From positions 6,758,001 through 6,822,000 of the forward strand of contig NC_042998.1 in NCBI RefSeq assembly GCF_006345805.1: 64,000 bases of DNA, written 5' to 3'. Numbering within the stretch: the first letter of the stretch is position 1; every line of letters starts with the position of its first letter. This document shows positions 1-11,994 of this stretch, piece by piece. A program made the position numbers and the translations under genes. The stretch is from Octopus sinensis (taxonomy: Eukaryota). The notes beneath the pieces were generated by a model. The model did no database searches and was not told where the DNA came from. It saw only the letters and a program-made list of their open reading frames with translations.

Positions 1-324
1 CTAGCTAGTTATTGATGTGTGTGCTTGTGCATACTTATAAATATACATACCTACACACATACATAGATATACATCACCTATCTATCTGTCTGTCTGTCTG
101 TCTGTCTATCTATTTATCTGTCCGTCCGTCCGTCCGTCTGTCTATCTATCTTTCTTACTGTGGTCTTTTCATAAGCTTTCCTTTCCATGGATAAACCTAA
201 TCTGGTTTTTTTTTTACATTTTTGCTCTTTTTTATGATACATGATCTCTTTTGATCGTTTTCTTTTTTTACAAACACTTTCCATGTTGCAATTGTTTATA
301 TACATATGTATGTATATTTATGTG

Positions 325-535
325 TGTATGTGTTTGTCCCCCTCCACTGCCACTTGACAGCTAATGCTAGTATGTTTATATCCCTGTAACTTAGTGGTTC
401 AGCAAAATAGTTAGACAGAATAAGTACTAAGTGAACTAACAATGTCCTGGGGTTGATTTCTTCAACTAGAATCCTTCGAGGCAGTGCTCCAGTATGGCTG
501 CAGACTAATGACTGAAATGAGTAAAAGAAAAAAAA
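325..535 (+). mobile_element. 3' half of the bipartite octopus-type tRNA-SINE (diverged copy)
   Basis: gtttgtccccc...cttgacagctaatgctagt...aataagtact...gtgctccagtatggctgcag..aatgactgaaa matches the 3' halves of the other copies in the window. Confidence 0.8.
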
Positions 536-547
536 GAATATATGCAT

Positions 548-1800
548 AGGAGTGGCTGTGTGGTAAGTAGCTTGCTAACCAACCACATGGTTTCCGGGTT
601 CAGTCCCACTGCGTGGCATCTTGGGCAAGTGTCTTCTGCTATAGCCCCGGGCTGACCAATGCTTTGTGAGTGGATTTGGTAGACGGAAACTGAAAGAAGC
701 CTGTCGTATATATCTATATATATATATATAATAAATATTAGGGAATAAATCCAAATTTACAAGGAAAAATCAGATTTAAGATTGAATCCAATTTTATAGT
801 AAAATATTATATTATAATAAATTAGAGACAAAACCACTATTATGCAAATCAAATAAAGAAAGACTTAAGCCAATACATAAAATAATTTATATAAATTAAA
901 ATTTGTTAAATTTTAATCATGGACTGGCAACTCAAGCTGGCTGTGGACAAATGTACCACCATGCATTTTGGGAGGAGAAACCCAGCGTCCACCTACTCCC
1001 TCCACAACACTAGTCTCAAAAAGTCTTCAAGTGAACGTGACCTGGGTGTTATTGTCGACAGTGATTTGCGTTGGACAAAACACATCGGCAAAATTGTCAA
1101 GAAGGCTGAGGGTGTCTTGGCATCACTCACCAAATCCTTTGTGAGCCTCTCTCCGGCTATCTATCTGCAGCTTTATATAGCTATGGTAAGACCTCACCTG
1201 GAATTTGCATCACCGGTCTGGAACCCCTATCTTTCCCAGGACATCAATCGTCTGGAAGCTGTTCAGCGACGTGCAACCAAAAGAATACCCTCCATCAGGC
1301 ATTTGCCATATCCTGAACGCCTTACTTCCCTGGGCATGGACACATTGAAACTCCGACGTCTGGCAGCTGACCTGGCAGACACCCATAAAATTATCAACTA
1401 TCGCACAAACAATAACACTGAGCACCTCTTCAAACTCCACCCATCTAACACCCGTGGACATATTTACAAAGTAAGAAAACAGCACAGCTCCCATGACTTC
1501 AGGAAACATTTTTTCATGCTGAGAGTTGCTGAAGCATGGAACAAACTGCCGGCATCGGTTGTTAGTTGTCGGAGCACTGCATCCTTCAAAACTTCCATGC
1601 TTCCTGAGATTCGCCAACACTACACTTGATTTTCTCCCCTCCATACACACACAAGCATGTTCACTTTCCAGACATTTCTACATTACTGCATGTACTTTAT
1701 ATGCACTTTCTGACGAGTTGTGGTGCACCTGAGCACTGTATACAATAATTTCATTATTATTATTATTATAATAGTGGTTTTGTCTCTAATTTATTATATT

Positions 1801-1837
<37 letters not shown>

Positions 1838-2055
1838 GTGTGTGTGTGTGTTTGTCCCCCCTAGCATTGCTTGACAACCGATGCTGGTGTGTTTATGTCC
1901 CTGTCACTTAGCAGTTCGGCAATAGAGACCGATAGAATAAGTACTGGGCTTACAAAGAATAAGTCCCGGGGTCCAATTTGCTCGACTAAAGGCGGTGCTC
2001 CAGCATGGCCGCAGTCAAATGACTGAAACAAGTAATTAAAGTAAAGTAAAGTAAA
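548..2055 (+). mobile_element. Young bipartite tRNA-SINE split at its internal (TA)n: 5' half 548-706, 3' half 1845-2055
   Basis: The head ggagtggctgtgtggtaagtagcttgctaaccaaccacatgg... has A/B-box-like motifs. Both halves are nearly identical to the intact copy at 58684-59075, and ~1.1 kb of foreign sequence lies between them. Confidence 0.88.
917..1770 (+). mobile_element. 5'-truncated CR1/L2-group LINE: C-terminal ORF2 (919-1629, uninterrupted), 3' UTR and (ATT)n tail
   Basis: Motifs KCTTMHFGRRN, ERDLGVIVDSDLRW, RPHLEFASPVWNPY, LEAVQRRATK, YPERL, TRGH and RKHFF..RV...WNKLP are typical of CR1-clade ORF2 downstream of the RT core. Tail at 1741-1770. Confidence 0.9.
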
Positions 2056-2059
2056 TATA

Positions 2060-2109
2060 TGTGTATACATGTGAATATACGTGTATACATATGTATATAT
2101 ATATATGTG

Positions 2110-2142
<33 letters not shown>

Positions 2143-2482
2143 GTGAGTTGTTATATACTATTATATACATATATTTATACACACACACACACATGTAAAT
2201 ATATATATTTAGGTAAATATTAATATAACAAAATACACACACACACAACACACACACACATTCAAATTAATTTATTACTGTGTATGGGAATTAAATTAAA
2301 AATCCTTATTGTAAATGATAAATCTGCACAGAGATCTGTTCAGCATACAGTGCCAAGATTTAAGCATTATTACTTGGTGGTAAAAAGATTTAGATGGATA
2401 ATAGCTTTTAATGTTGCTTCAACAACACTTTTTAGACTTATAACCTCATTCTAACAGAAAATGCATAATATATGTATATACA

Positions 2483-2518
<36 letters not shown>

Positions 2519-3020
2519 CATATAGTTATGTGTATATGTGTATGTATATGTGTATATATGTGTATACATATGTATATATGTGTCTATATATATATGACCA
2601 TATATGTGTGTATATATATATGTGTGTGTGTATATATCTGTATATACATGTGTATGTATGTGTATATATATGTGTATATATATGTATATATATGTGTATG
2701 TATGTGTATATATATATGTGTATATATATATATATATGTGTTTTTATGGACATATATATGTGTATATATGCATATATATGTGTATGTATATATGCATATT
2801 TGTATATATATGCATATATATGTGTGTGTGTATATATATATATATATATGCATATGTGTTTGTATATATATATGCATATACATGTGTGTATATTTATACA
2901 TGCATATATATGTGTATACATGCATGCATATATATATGTATGTATATATATATATATGTATATATATATATGTATATATATATATGTGTGTGTATATATA
3001 CACACACACATATATATATC
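2060..3020. repeat. Compound (TA)n/(TG)n/(CA)n microsatellite region
   Basis: Visible directly; it generates the spurious Y/I/C/V/M ORFs at 2461-3114. Confidence 0.9.
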
Positions 3021-3023
3021 CTC

Positions 3024-4520
3024 ATTATCATCATCATCGTTTGTCTGCTGGCATGGGTTGGATGGTTTGACTGAGGTCTGGCAAGTCAGGAGGCCAAACC
3101 AGGCTCCAATCTGATATGGCAGTATTTTTTACCGCTGGATGCCCTTCCTAATGCAACCACTCCGAGAATGTATTGGGTGCTTTTTACGTGCCAGTCAGGT
3201 GGCACTGGCATCAGTCACGACTACGATTTCACTTGACTCAACAAGTCTTCTCAAGCACACCATATTACCTGATGATTGAAGATTACTTTTAAAGGGACCA
3301 GTTGCAACACTGGCATTGGCCACAATCTCACTTGGTTTTCTGGGTCTTCTCAAGCACCACATATCTCCAAAGATCTCGGTTGCTTGTCATTGCCTCTGTG
3401 AGGCCCAACATTCGAAGGTCATGCTTCACCACCTCATCCCATGTCTTCTTGGGTCTACCTCTTCCACACGTTCCCTCCACTTTTAAGGTGTGACACCGCT
3501 TCACACAGCTGTTCTCGTCCATATGCAATTCATGACCCTACCAGCGCAGTCGTCTGTCTTGCACACCACATGTAATGCTTTTTATATCCAACTTTTCTCT
3601 CGGGGCACTTACACTCTGTTGTGTATGCACACTGACATCACACATCTAGCTGAGCATACTAGCTTCATTTCTTTTCAAACCTATGCATGCCCTCAGCAGT
3701 CACAGCCCATGTTTTACTGCCATGTAGCTTGGCCGTTTTCACACATACATCATACAGTCTACCTTTCACTCTGAGGGAGAAGCCTTTGTTACTAGCAGAG
3801 GTAGGAGCTCTCTGAACTTTGCCCAGGCTATTCTTATTCTAGCAGCTACACTCTAAGCGCATCCACTCCCTCTACTGACTTGGTTACCAAGGTAACAGAA
3901 GCTATCAACTACTTCTAATTTTGTCCCCTGGCATGTGATGGAATCTGTTTTCTGTACATCTTCAGTATTTATTGCCCCTGTGCACCTGCCACACACAAAA
4001 ACTATCTTCCCAGTTAACTTAACTTTAATATTGCTGCACCTCTTATATGTCCATAGCTTACACCGGGTACATCTTATGGAATTTCTGCCTACACTTTTTC
4101 TACAGATTGAGCAGGGCCATCTACCTGAAGGAATTTGTGATTTGTCAGCCTTCCTTCTTACTAAGACTTTGGTTTTTGCTAGATTGACTCTAAGGCCCTT
4201 CAATTCTAAACCTTGTTTCCTCACCTGAAACTTCTTCTGTAGTTCTCATAGTGACTCTGCTATTAGAGCAAGGTCATCAGCATAGAGGAGCTCCCAGGGG
4301 CAGCCTGTCTTGAATTCTTCTGTTATTGCCTGGAGGACAATGATGAATAAGAGGGGGCTGAGGAATGACCCTTGGTGGACCCCTACACTTACCCGGAATT
4401 TTTCACTATACTCATTGCCAACACTCACCTTACTGACAGCATCCCTGTACATGGCTTGTACAGGTCTCACCAACCACTCATCTATCCCTAGTTTCTGCTT
4501 TATCCATGTCAACGAAAGCC
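3024..4520 (-). mobile_element. 5'-truncated, frameshifted RTE-clade LINE (RT domain, PHD-like insert, C-terminus, 3' UTR, (GAT)n tail)
   Basis: GVHQGSFLSPLLFIIVL...LLYADDLAL (4246-4512), GLRVNLAKTKV and VDSFCYLG (3853-4224), GRGRPKKTW..VVKHDL...RDLWR (3328-3528); catcatcatcgttt tail at 3024-3042. Confidence 0.93.
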
Positions 4521-5284
4521 AAGTACATGTGTGTGTATGTGTGTGTGTGTGTGTGCTTGTGTGTGTGTAGATAGATAGATAGAAAGATATAATTATATAT
4601 GTATAAGTGTATTTAATATATCCACTGCACCCAACACATGTATTGAGTGCTCAGTTGAGCCACAGCTTTCCCATCCTCATACTTGTATTATACCACATGC
4701 ATGATATTCATGGAATATTTTCTTTTTCTTTGCTTTCCTCTTTCCCCTGTCTTTTGTAAATGTTGCATCTTTAAATTCCATCTTAATATGTGTAAAAAAT
4801 AACTGCACCATGTTTTGAGAAATCCTTGAAACATAAAACAATTGATTTAATGTTTCATACTGTTTAATTTTACCCAAAAACAATAGATAGACTTCATCTT
4901 TTGAGCATTTCTGCTGGTCATGAAGAAATAAAACGAAAGTCAATTGAAATAGATTAGCTTTTAACTACTTTTTCATGAAATGCAGTGTTGTTCCAGTAAA
5001 GTGTCTGTCTGAGTGTGAGTATGGCAGGGTTTTGTGGTAAACTGACTTGACTCTTGTATATATTATTGGTTGTTATATTACAAACAACAGAATGATTCCT
5101 TCTTTGTGCAGTTCCTTTGTTTCTAGATGATCAAGTTAATCACTTGACATTTCGTTGACTTTTACAACAAAGTTGTGAGGGCAAAAATGGGTTGAAAGAG
5201 ATATCAGAAAACATAGCAGAAGAGAAAAATTCAGCAGTAATTTAGCATCTCCCATAGTTTAAAATCTCTTAATCCTGATCTGGA

Positions 5285-5790
5285 ATTATTTCCCTACCAA
5301 CTCTAAAATACCATGGGCTCTTCAATAACGCAAGTGTAAAGGTTAGCTATAGTTGTAGAGAAAATAAAGCAAAATAAAATTAAATATATAAAAGAACTAA
5401 GATCAAATCAACATCCAAATACAACTGCAGCAAGATTTTGCCTGCCAAATGGCAAGTGCCACGATAAAGAAAGGCATTTGTGTATGAGGTTAAAATACAA
5501 TCCAAAGGTAGTATTGGAAAATAGTACACTAGAGTCATAGCATGTTCTAAAGTAAATACATACAGTATATCAATTACTTCCGAAGGGAAACAAAAGAAAT
5601 ACCACATCACTTGACCAATATATCTGGAAGTTGAAAAGGAACATTATTCAGTATTGATAATAAGCTGATATGATATGTGGTTGAAATTACAACTCCTAAT
5701 GTCACAACATCAAAAAGATGCTTTCAGTTCCTGGTAGGGAAGTACACTTTTATGCAACCTCTCAGTAAAAATGGATGAGGTGGTATTGAA
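5285..5790 (+). pseudogene. Heavily decayed Penelope-like element: linker plus GIY-YIG endonuclease region
   Basis: Manual translation across frameshifts gives FPTNSK/YHGLFNNASVKVSYSCREN, FCLPNGKCHDK, FVYEVKIQSK, TSLDQYIWKLK and TSKRCFQ. This is the order of the PLE motifs FP..H.L.K.FN.N.VK.SYSC, CPL.GKC, VY.A.V...YIG, T.LS.YIW.LK and KRC.LC. Confidence 0.72.
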
Positions 5791-6160
5791 ATAGCATCTT
5801 GGGAATATATAAATCCTGAAAATTTTCATGTAGTGACACATGTGATAATCCTTGCATCAGCTGACAATTTTGTAGACATCAGCTTAATGAGAAAGAAAGA
5901 TTATCAGAAAGAGTGAAAGAAAGAGAGAGTGAGACAAAGAAAGAAAGAGAAAAACAGGAGAGGCATGGACATATCATGCTAATTATATCAGGGTTACTGC
6001 TTAATGGTATTATGCTTGGTAGATGGGCAGCTTGTGTAAACATTGTTAATGAACCACTCATAGTTTCTTGTTGTGTGGGCATGAAGAATTACATATAACA
6101 AGCTTTAAATAAATATATGTGTGTGAGTGTGTGTCTTTGTATGTTCCTGTTTGTACTTAA

Positions 6161-6380
6161 CCCTTTCGTTACCAACCCGGCTGAAACCGGCTCCAGCTCT
6201 GAGTACAAATCTCTTGTTTTTATAAGTTTTGAATTAAAATCTTCCACCAAATCTTAGTCACAATTTATGTTCCTAACACTAGCTGAATGATGACTAAGTA
6301 ATTTTACTAAATTCTTTGTTATATCTAAAGTAATTGAAAGAAACACAGAGCATCTCAACAGAAATACAGTAACGAAAGGG
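6161..6380. mobile_element. piggyBac-type MITE
   Basis: TTAA on both sides (6157-6160, 6381-6384); TIR CCCTTTCGTTAC/GTAACGAAAGGG; second copy at 57178-57403. Confidence 0.9.
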
Positions 6381-6393
6381 TTAAGCATACACG

Positions 6394-6710
6394 TGAAGGC
6401 ACATGGCCTAGTGGTTAGGATATCCAGCTCATGACTGTAAGGTCACGAGTTCAATTCCCAGAAGCATGTTGTGTTCTTGAGCAAGACATTTTATTTATCA
6501 TTACCCCAGTCCACTCACCTGGCAAAAAAAACGAGTTGTAGCCGTATTTCAAAGGGCCAGCTGTGTCACACTGAAACTTTCTGGGAACTATGTTAATGGT
6601 ATGTGTGTCTGTGGAGCGCTCAGCCACTTGCATGTTAATATCATGAGCCAGCTGTTCTGTTGATTGGATCAACTGGAACCCATGTTGTCATAACCGACAG
6701 AGCGCCAATA
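6394..6710 (+). mobile_element. tRNA-derived SINE with CORE-like central domain
   Basis: tggcctagtggttagg (A box) ... gagttcaattccc (B box) ... gtgttcttgagcaagaca; related copies at 37301, 51660, 53904 and 61040. Confidence 0.75.
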
Positions 6711-7827
6711 AGCATACATACACAAACTCCTATATCTACATGTGAGGCCGTTTTTCCACTCCTAGAGTCTACATTGCTAAAATAGGGGTTTGTTCATTTT
6801 ATTCAAGGGACAAAGGTGGTGCCACAGTCACTGCATCCATCTGTCTAACAACACTGGAAGCATTTCGCTATCAAGCTGAGTTTGTAAGGACTAGCTGCAA
6901 TAAAATCAGTGTATCTAGACGAATTTTAAATTTATAGCAAAAAGAACCAAAATAGACAGCACAAGGCATTTCATCTGATGTATTAATAATTCCATTAATC
7001 AGCCATTCTGAACTAGGACTTGATTTATCCCTCTTGAAAGTTGACCTTGCTATAATTTGAACTCAGTGTACCTTGAATTGTAGCAAATAATACAAAGCCA
7101 CTATATTCATATTTTTCTCTCTCTTTCTGTGTGAAACAATACTTGTGAGGTATGATATAATATATATAAATCTACATACTAGACATACAAGTTTTATGAA
7201 TTTAATTAGATTGGAAAATGTGGAACGGCTCTAATTTAGTAATCAACCCTTATTGAGAAGTTTCATTAAAGAATTTTCATTAATCAGTTGTTGAATTCCG
7301 AAGAATCAAGGAGCCAATTCATTTATATACCAAATCCAGTAGCTTCAGAGAAGTAGAGCTACTCTGAGTATAGACATAGCTGTTTATTCAAGGAGCTTGT
7401 TTCCCAATCAGGGGGTCTTGGATCTGTAACACTGAACATCCAATTTTCCATGCTTATATGGGTCAATAGGAGTTTGTTGAGGCACATTTTCGACCGTCAG
7501 ATGTCTTTGTTGTCGTCCAATCCTCACTGATGGTAATTGGTTAGACATGTTTTCCCTAGAAGACAACCTCTGACTTTCTGTTCACATTTAGAGAACCGAA
7601 TGACACACAACTTTGGAGAAGAAGTTTTCATACACTGTGTATTTTGTGTGTAAGCACTTCTGTTGTTCTGAAAACACATTTGCTTGAACAAGAAAAGTGC
7701 TCACACACAAAAAAACACACAACAGAGAAACTTCTTCCCCAAAGGTTTGTGATAGTCTGTTCACTAAATAATTTAAGTTGTTAATAACTTAGAAAAAAAT
7801 ATCATATATATACATATATATACATTC

Positions 7828-8002
7828 ACGGTCTGCTACACTCATGGAGTGGTTGGCGTTAGGAAGGGCATCCAGCTGTAGAAACACTGCCAGATCAACA
7901 TTGGAGCCTGGTTCAGCCTTCTGGCTTCGTAGATCCCCGGTCGAACTGTCCAACCCATGCTAGCATGGAGAACGGACGTTAAACGATGATGATGATGATG
8001 AT
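7828..8002 (+). mobile_element. RTE 3'-UTR-derived fragment ending in (GAT)n
   Basis: gttggcgttaggaagggcatccagctgtag...aacccatgctagcatgga..aacggacgttaaacgatgatgatg is homologous to the 3' UTR of the RTE at 3024-3300. Confidence 0.82.
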
Positions 8003-8004
8003 AT

Positions 8005-8118
8005 ATGTAAACCAATTTCAACAGATTTCACCCGAATTTGACATCGATGTTACTTAGTTTGGTCTGAAATAAATAACTTGATTAGCTTAATCCTGGACAA
8101 AACCAGGTTATACTGCTA

Positions 8119-8119
<1 letters not shown>
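8005..8119 (+). mobile_element. Non-autonomous Helitron 3' end
   Basis: Hairpin cctgg-acaaaa-ccagg (8092-8107) followed by tactgCTAG|T, the same terminus as the elements at 9312 and 41217. Confidence 0.55.
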
Positions 8120-8152
<33 letters not shown>

Positions 8153-8938
8153 CCTTGTGAGTGGATTTGATACACAGAAACTGAAAGAAGCCCGTTGTAT
8201 ATATGTATGTATATATATATATATGTATGTGTGTATATGTTTGTGTGTCTGTGTATATATATATATATATATATAAATATATATTAAATGACAATCGTTT
8301 TGTCTTACATTTGCACTGCTCTCTAGTGGATGGGGAACAATATAATGGAATCGAATTCACCCCACAGTGCAGAGGAAACCTCCTCACCAGATTACTTAAT
8401 ACTATGTCTCCTATCAAAATTTAATCTTAAACATACCCTATATAAATATATATATAAACAGGGTGACCTATATGTAGGTTTATAGTTATCATGTTGGCAC
8501 TTTAAATTTCTTTTAAAACATTTTATTACATTTAAATTTCTATCTTACAAACTGAAAAGGGAGTTTGACAAAATTAATTAAATTAACAGAGAATATTGGT
8601 TTCATATCTGTTAATATATGAATGGGAAAGAGATAGTTGAATAACTGTAAACCTACTTTTGGGCCAGCCTGCATGTATATATTCATATATATATATATAG
8701 AGTAGATGAAACCATGGCAACTGAAGAAGGGGTTTTTTCCTTGTGTTATTTGTCCTGTACTCTATTTTTTGTTGTTTAAGAAAAATGTCCAGTTCCTTGG
8801 GTTTGTGTCTATGTTTTCATTTCTCATTGTGTTCGACGTTTTTTTGGTGTCCTGTACTCATATATGCGTGTATATATACATGTAGAGGTAGGTACGTACA
8901 TATATGCATATGTTTTATTTATTAATATATTATATATA

Positions 8939-9312
8939 TCTCTCTATATATATATAAACGGCAGTTTGTCTGTGTGTGTTTCTGTGTGTCTGTTAGGTTG
9001 TACCCTCACCCTGACCACGGCTTTCAACCGATTCTGATGAAACTTGACACACACATAGCCCAATATCATAATTCAAAACTAACGCAGGGAAAATTTTGAA
9101 AAGTTCCCCCAGTTCTGAAAAAAATCGATAAATTCGACATGGGGTCGAAAATCAGAAACACAAACCACAGACTGTCTAGGAGACGCAACTCGACCTTTTT
9201 AACTAAAAAAAATTTACCATCATTTTTTTTCAATTTTTTGGCTATAACTCTCTAAAAATGCTTTATAGTTATTTCCCTTACAAACCCGAGCAATGCCGGG
9301 TGATACTGCTAG
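8939..9312 (+). mobile_element. Non-autonomous Helitron
   Basis: 5' TC(TC)TATATATATAAA start; 3' hairpin cccg-agcaatgc-cggg (9285-9300) then CTAG (9309-9312); inserted between A and T with no TSD. Confidence 0.8.
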
Positions 9313-10362
9313 TATATATATATATATATATATATAGGTGCTGTTGATAGTGACTTTGAGATTTCAGCCATTTAAGTCATCATTGGGCTGAACTGGTCGA
9401 AAATTTAAAATCATTGTCAATGCCATTCTTGTTTAAGAATAATAAATTTGTGTTCTATAAAAGTATAGAGTAACCCATCAGATTAATGTCAAATTGTTTT
9501 TCTTATAACTAATCATAAAAACAAACACACACACACACACACACAGACACACACACGTGTGTGTGCTTATATACATATGTGTACATAAGTGTATGTATAG
9601 AGCACCTATTAGAATGCAATGAGTTAGAACTCTCTATGTTCCATTACACTCCAAAACTGAAGTCTAGGAAGAAAAAATTGTTTTATTACACGGAAAATTA
9701 ATGGTCAAAGAGCATCATTTAAAAAGTACAAAACAAAGTGAATATAATGTTAAATTATTTATTTATAACATTTTACGCATATTTTAGTGACAATTACACT
9801 TCATTCTTCTTTACCCTTCCCTGACCTTACCATCTCCGTGTCACACACTGATTCCATCAACAGAGACCTTGAAAGCATCCTCTGCAAACCCGACTTTGCC
9901 GCTTTCATTAGCAATGAAGTACAATCACTACTCATAACAAGGCAACATCATTGCACCACATCTGCTTCATAACACTTGTTACCATATTTCTGCTGAGAAA
10001 TGTTGTCTTTGTTTCAATTAATTTTGAAAATTGTTGTGGTGAGACTCATTGACACCCCTGGGGTATTGGAACAATGGACTAGCCGAACTCCTATAAAATT
10101 GTAGTGGCCGCTAGTAGTCGGAGAGTGGGGCTTTGGTTGTCTCGCAAAGTACATCATGTGAACACATTGATTAAACTTCCACTACATAATTTATTTATAC
10201 CAACCTGTGGCAGGATATAAAAAAATAATGAAGAACTTAGGAATGTGACATTGCCATTGTTGAGCTGGTGTTTGGAACAAATAAGTAGGTGCTGAAAAGT
10301 TCCTAGCTTTAAGGGTATTATGAAAGGCCTGGCTGGAGGTCCAAACTTTCAAGTTCTTTTAA

Positions 10363-10545
10363 CCCTTTTGCATTTAAACCGACCATATCCAGCCCAAATA
10401 CGCTTCCTGTTTTATGTTCTAACCATCTAGATCAAGCCTATCATACCTACCCTTCAATGCCATTATAAAATATACAGTCGCATCATCAAAATTTCAAAGC
10501 TGCAAAATCATGCAGGATTAATTAAAAACAATTTGAATGAAAGGA
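10363..10545 (+). mobile_element. Truncated piggyBac-type MITE (CCCTTTAGCATT family)
   Basis: TTAA+CCCTTTTGCATTTAAACC start; colinear with the copy at 45689-45907. Confidence 0.65.
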
Positions 10546-10820
10546 CCACTGCAATAAGGGGTGGAATCTGAGAGGGGGATATTCGGAATAAAATCCTAAT
10601 TAACCGATCCTCCTGTATTTTCTTTTACTCAAAGCCAGGAACTTTTCTGCAACTCCTCAAAAATTAATATGAAGTTTTCATGGAAGATTTCCATTTAGAC
10701 CACTTTAAAACAAGAGATCCTGTTGTAAGACTAAGGACATCCTCAAGCTGGTTGGCACCAGAATGGTTAATCATAAGTTGTTGGTGGTCTCTTGTAGTCT
10801 GTGAAAGACAGTTCTGCAAT

Positions 10821-11149
10821 AGGTGTAGGAGTGGCTGTGTGGTAAGTAGCTTGCTTACGAACGATATGGTTCCGGGTTCAGTCCCACTGTGTGGCACCTT
10901 GGGCAAGTTTCTTTTACTATAGCCTCGGGCCGACCAAAGCCTTGTAAGTGGATTTGGTACACAGAAACTGAAAGAAGCCCATTGTATAGATGTATATATA
11001 TTTATGTATGTGTGTATGTGTTTGTGTGTCTGTGTTTGTCCCCCAACATTGCTTGACAGCTGATGCTGGTGTGTTTAGTCTCCTACTATAGCCTCGGGCC
11101 GACCAAAGCTTTGTGAGTGGATTTGATAGATGGAAACTGAAAGAAGCCC

Positions 11150-11200
<51 letters not shown>

Positions 11201-11401
11201 CTGTGTTTGTCACTACAACATTGCTTGACAACCAATGCTGGTGCGTTTACGTCCACGTAACTTAGTGGTTCAGCAAAAAAGTGACCGATAGAATAAGTAC
11301 TAGGCTTACACAGAATAAGTCCCAGGGTCAGTTTGCTTGACTAAAGGCGGTGCTCCAGCATGGCCACAGTCAAATAGCTGAAACGAGTAAAGAGTAAAGA
11401 G
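10821..11401 (+). mobile_element. Bipartite tRNA-SINE with an internally duplicated segment (10915-11070 repeated at 11083-11250)
   Basis: Head aggtgtaggagtggctgtgtggtaag; ctatagcctcgggccgaccaaagc...gaaactgaaagaagccc occurs twice; tail (GAGTAAA)n. Confidence 0.85.
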
Positions 11402-11994
11402 TTCCTTGCTGAACACTTTGCATTGATGATTTGTTTAGGGCGATCAAATATTTGTGCCCTGCATTAGCTCGTTCTCTTCTTTGAATTGGTGTTACCTGTA
11501 CAAATCAATTCCACAGGTTCTCATGGTTTTACACAAACCGAATTTCACACACACAAAGTAATTGGCCAATCAGAAGCTGTAAAAAACTTGCATCAGCTCT
11601 AAATGCCAAGTGATGGGATCTTGTGAGAAACTTTGTGATTTTGAAATGATGTTTTCAGTCAGTCAAATCCACTGCACCAACACACACACAGACGCGCATG
11701 CGCACACACACACACACACACACACACACGCATGCACACACACAGACGTGCATGCGCACACACACACACAGATGCACATGCACACACACACAGACACGCA
11801 TGCACACACACACAATCCCACAAACACACATAGACATGCACGCATGCACACACACACACACATGTACACAAACACGAGCGTGCGTGTGCACACACACACA
11901 GGCGTACACGCACACACACACACACATACATGCATGCACACACACATACATGTGCGCGCACACACGCACAGAAGTGTGTGCATGTGGATATATC

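Noticed and set aside
2461-3114. Long ORFs rich in Y/I/C/V/M/H/T here and at 11.6-13.0, 14.0-14.4, 20.3-21.2, 28.9-29.7, 42.1-42.8, 47.6-48.1 and 54.7-55.3 kb
   Set aside because: They are translations of (TA)n, (TG)n and (TATC)n microsatellites, open in several frames and on both strands.
5876-6098. Possible exon encoding a charged stretch plus a hydrophobic segment (HQLNEKERL...HIMLIISGLLLNGIMLG...)
   Set aside because: The charged part comes from a GA-rich low-complexity tract, the acceptor is weak, there is no recognisable homology and no partner exons; it directly follows a decayed retroelement.
8705-8745. gaaac...ctgaaga as a hammerhead; also ctgatga at 9035 and 31842
   Set aside because: Boxes are in an order and spacing that cannot form stems I and III, or there is no stem II followed by GAAA.
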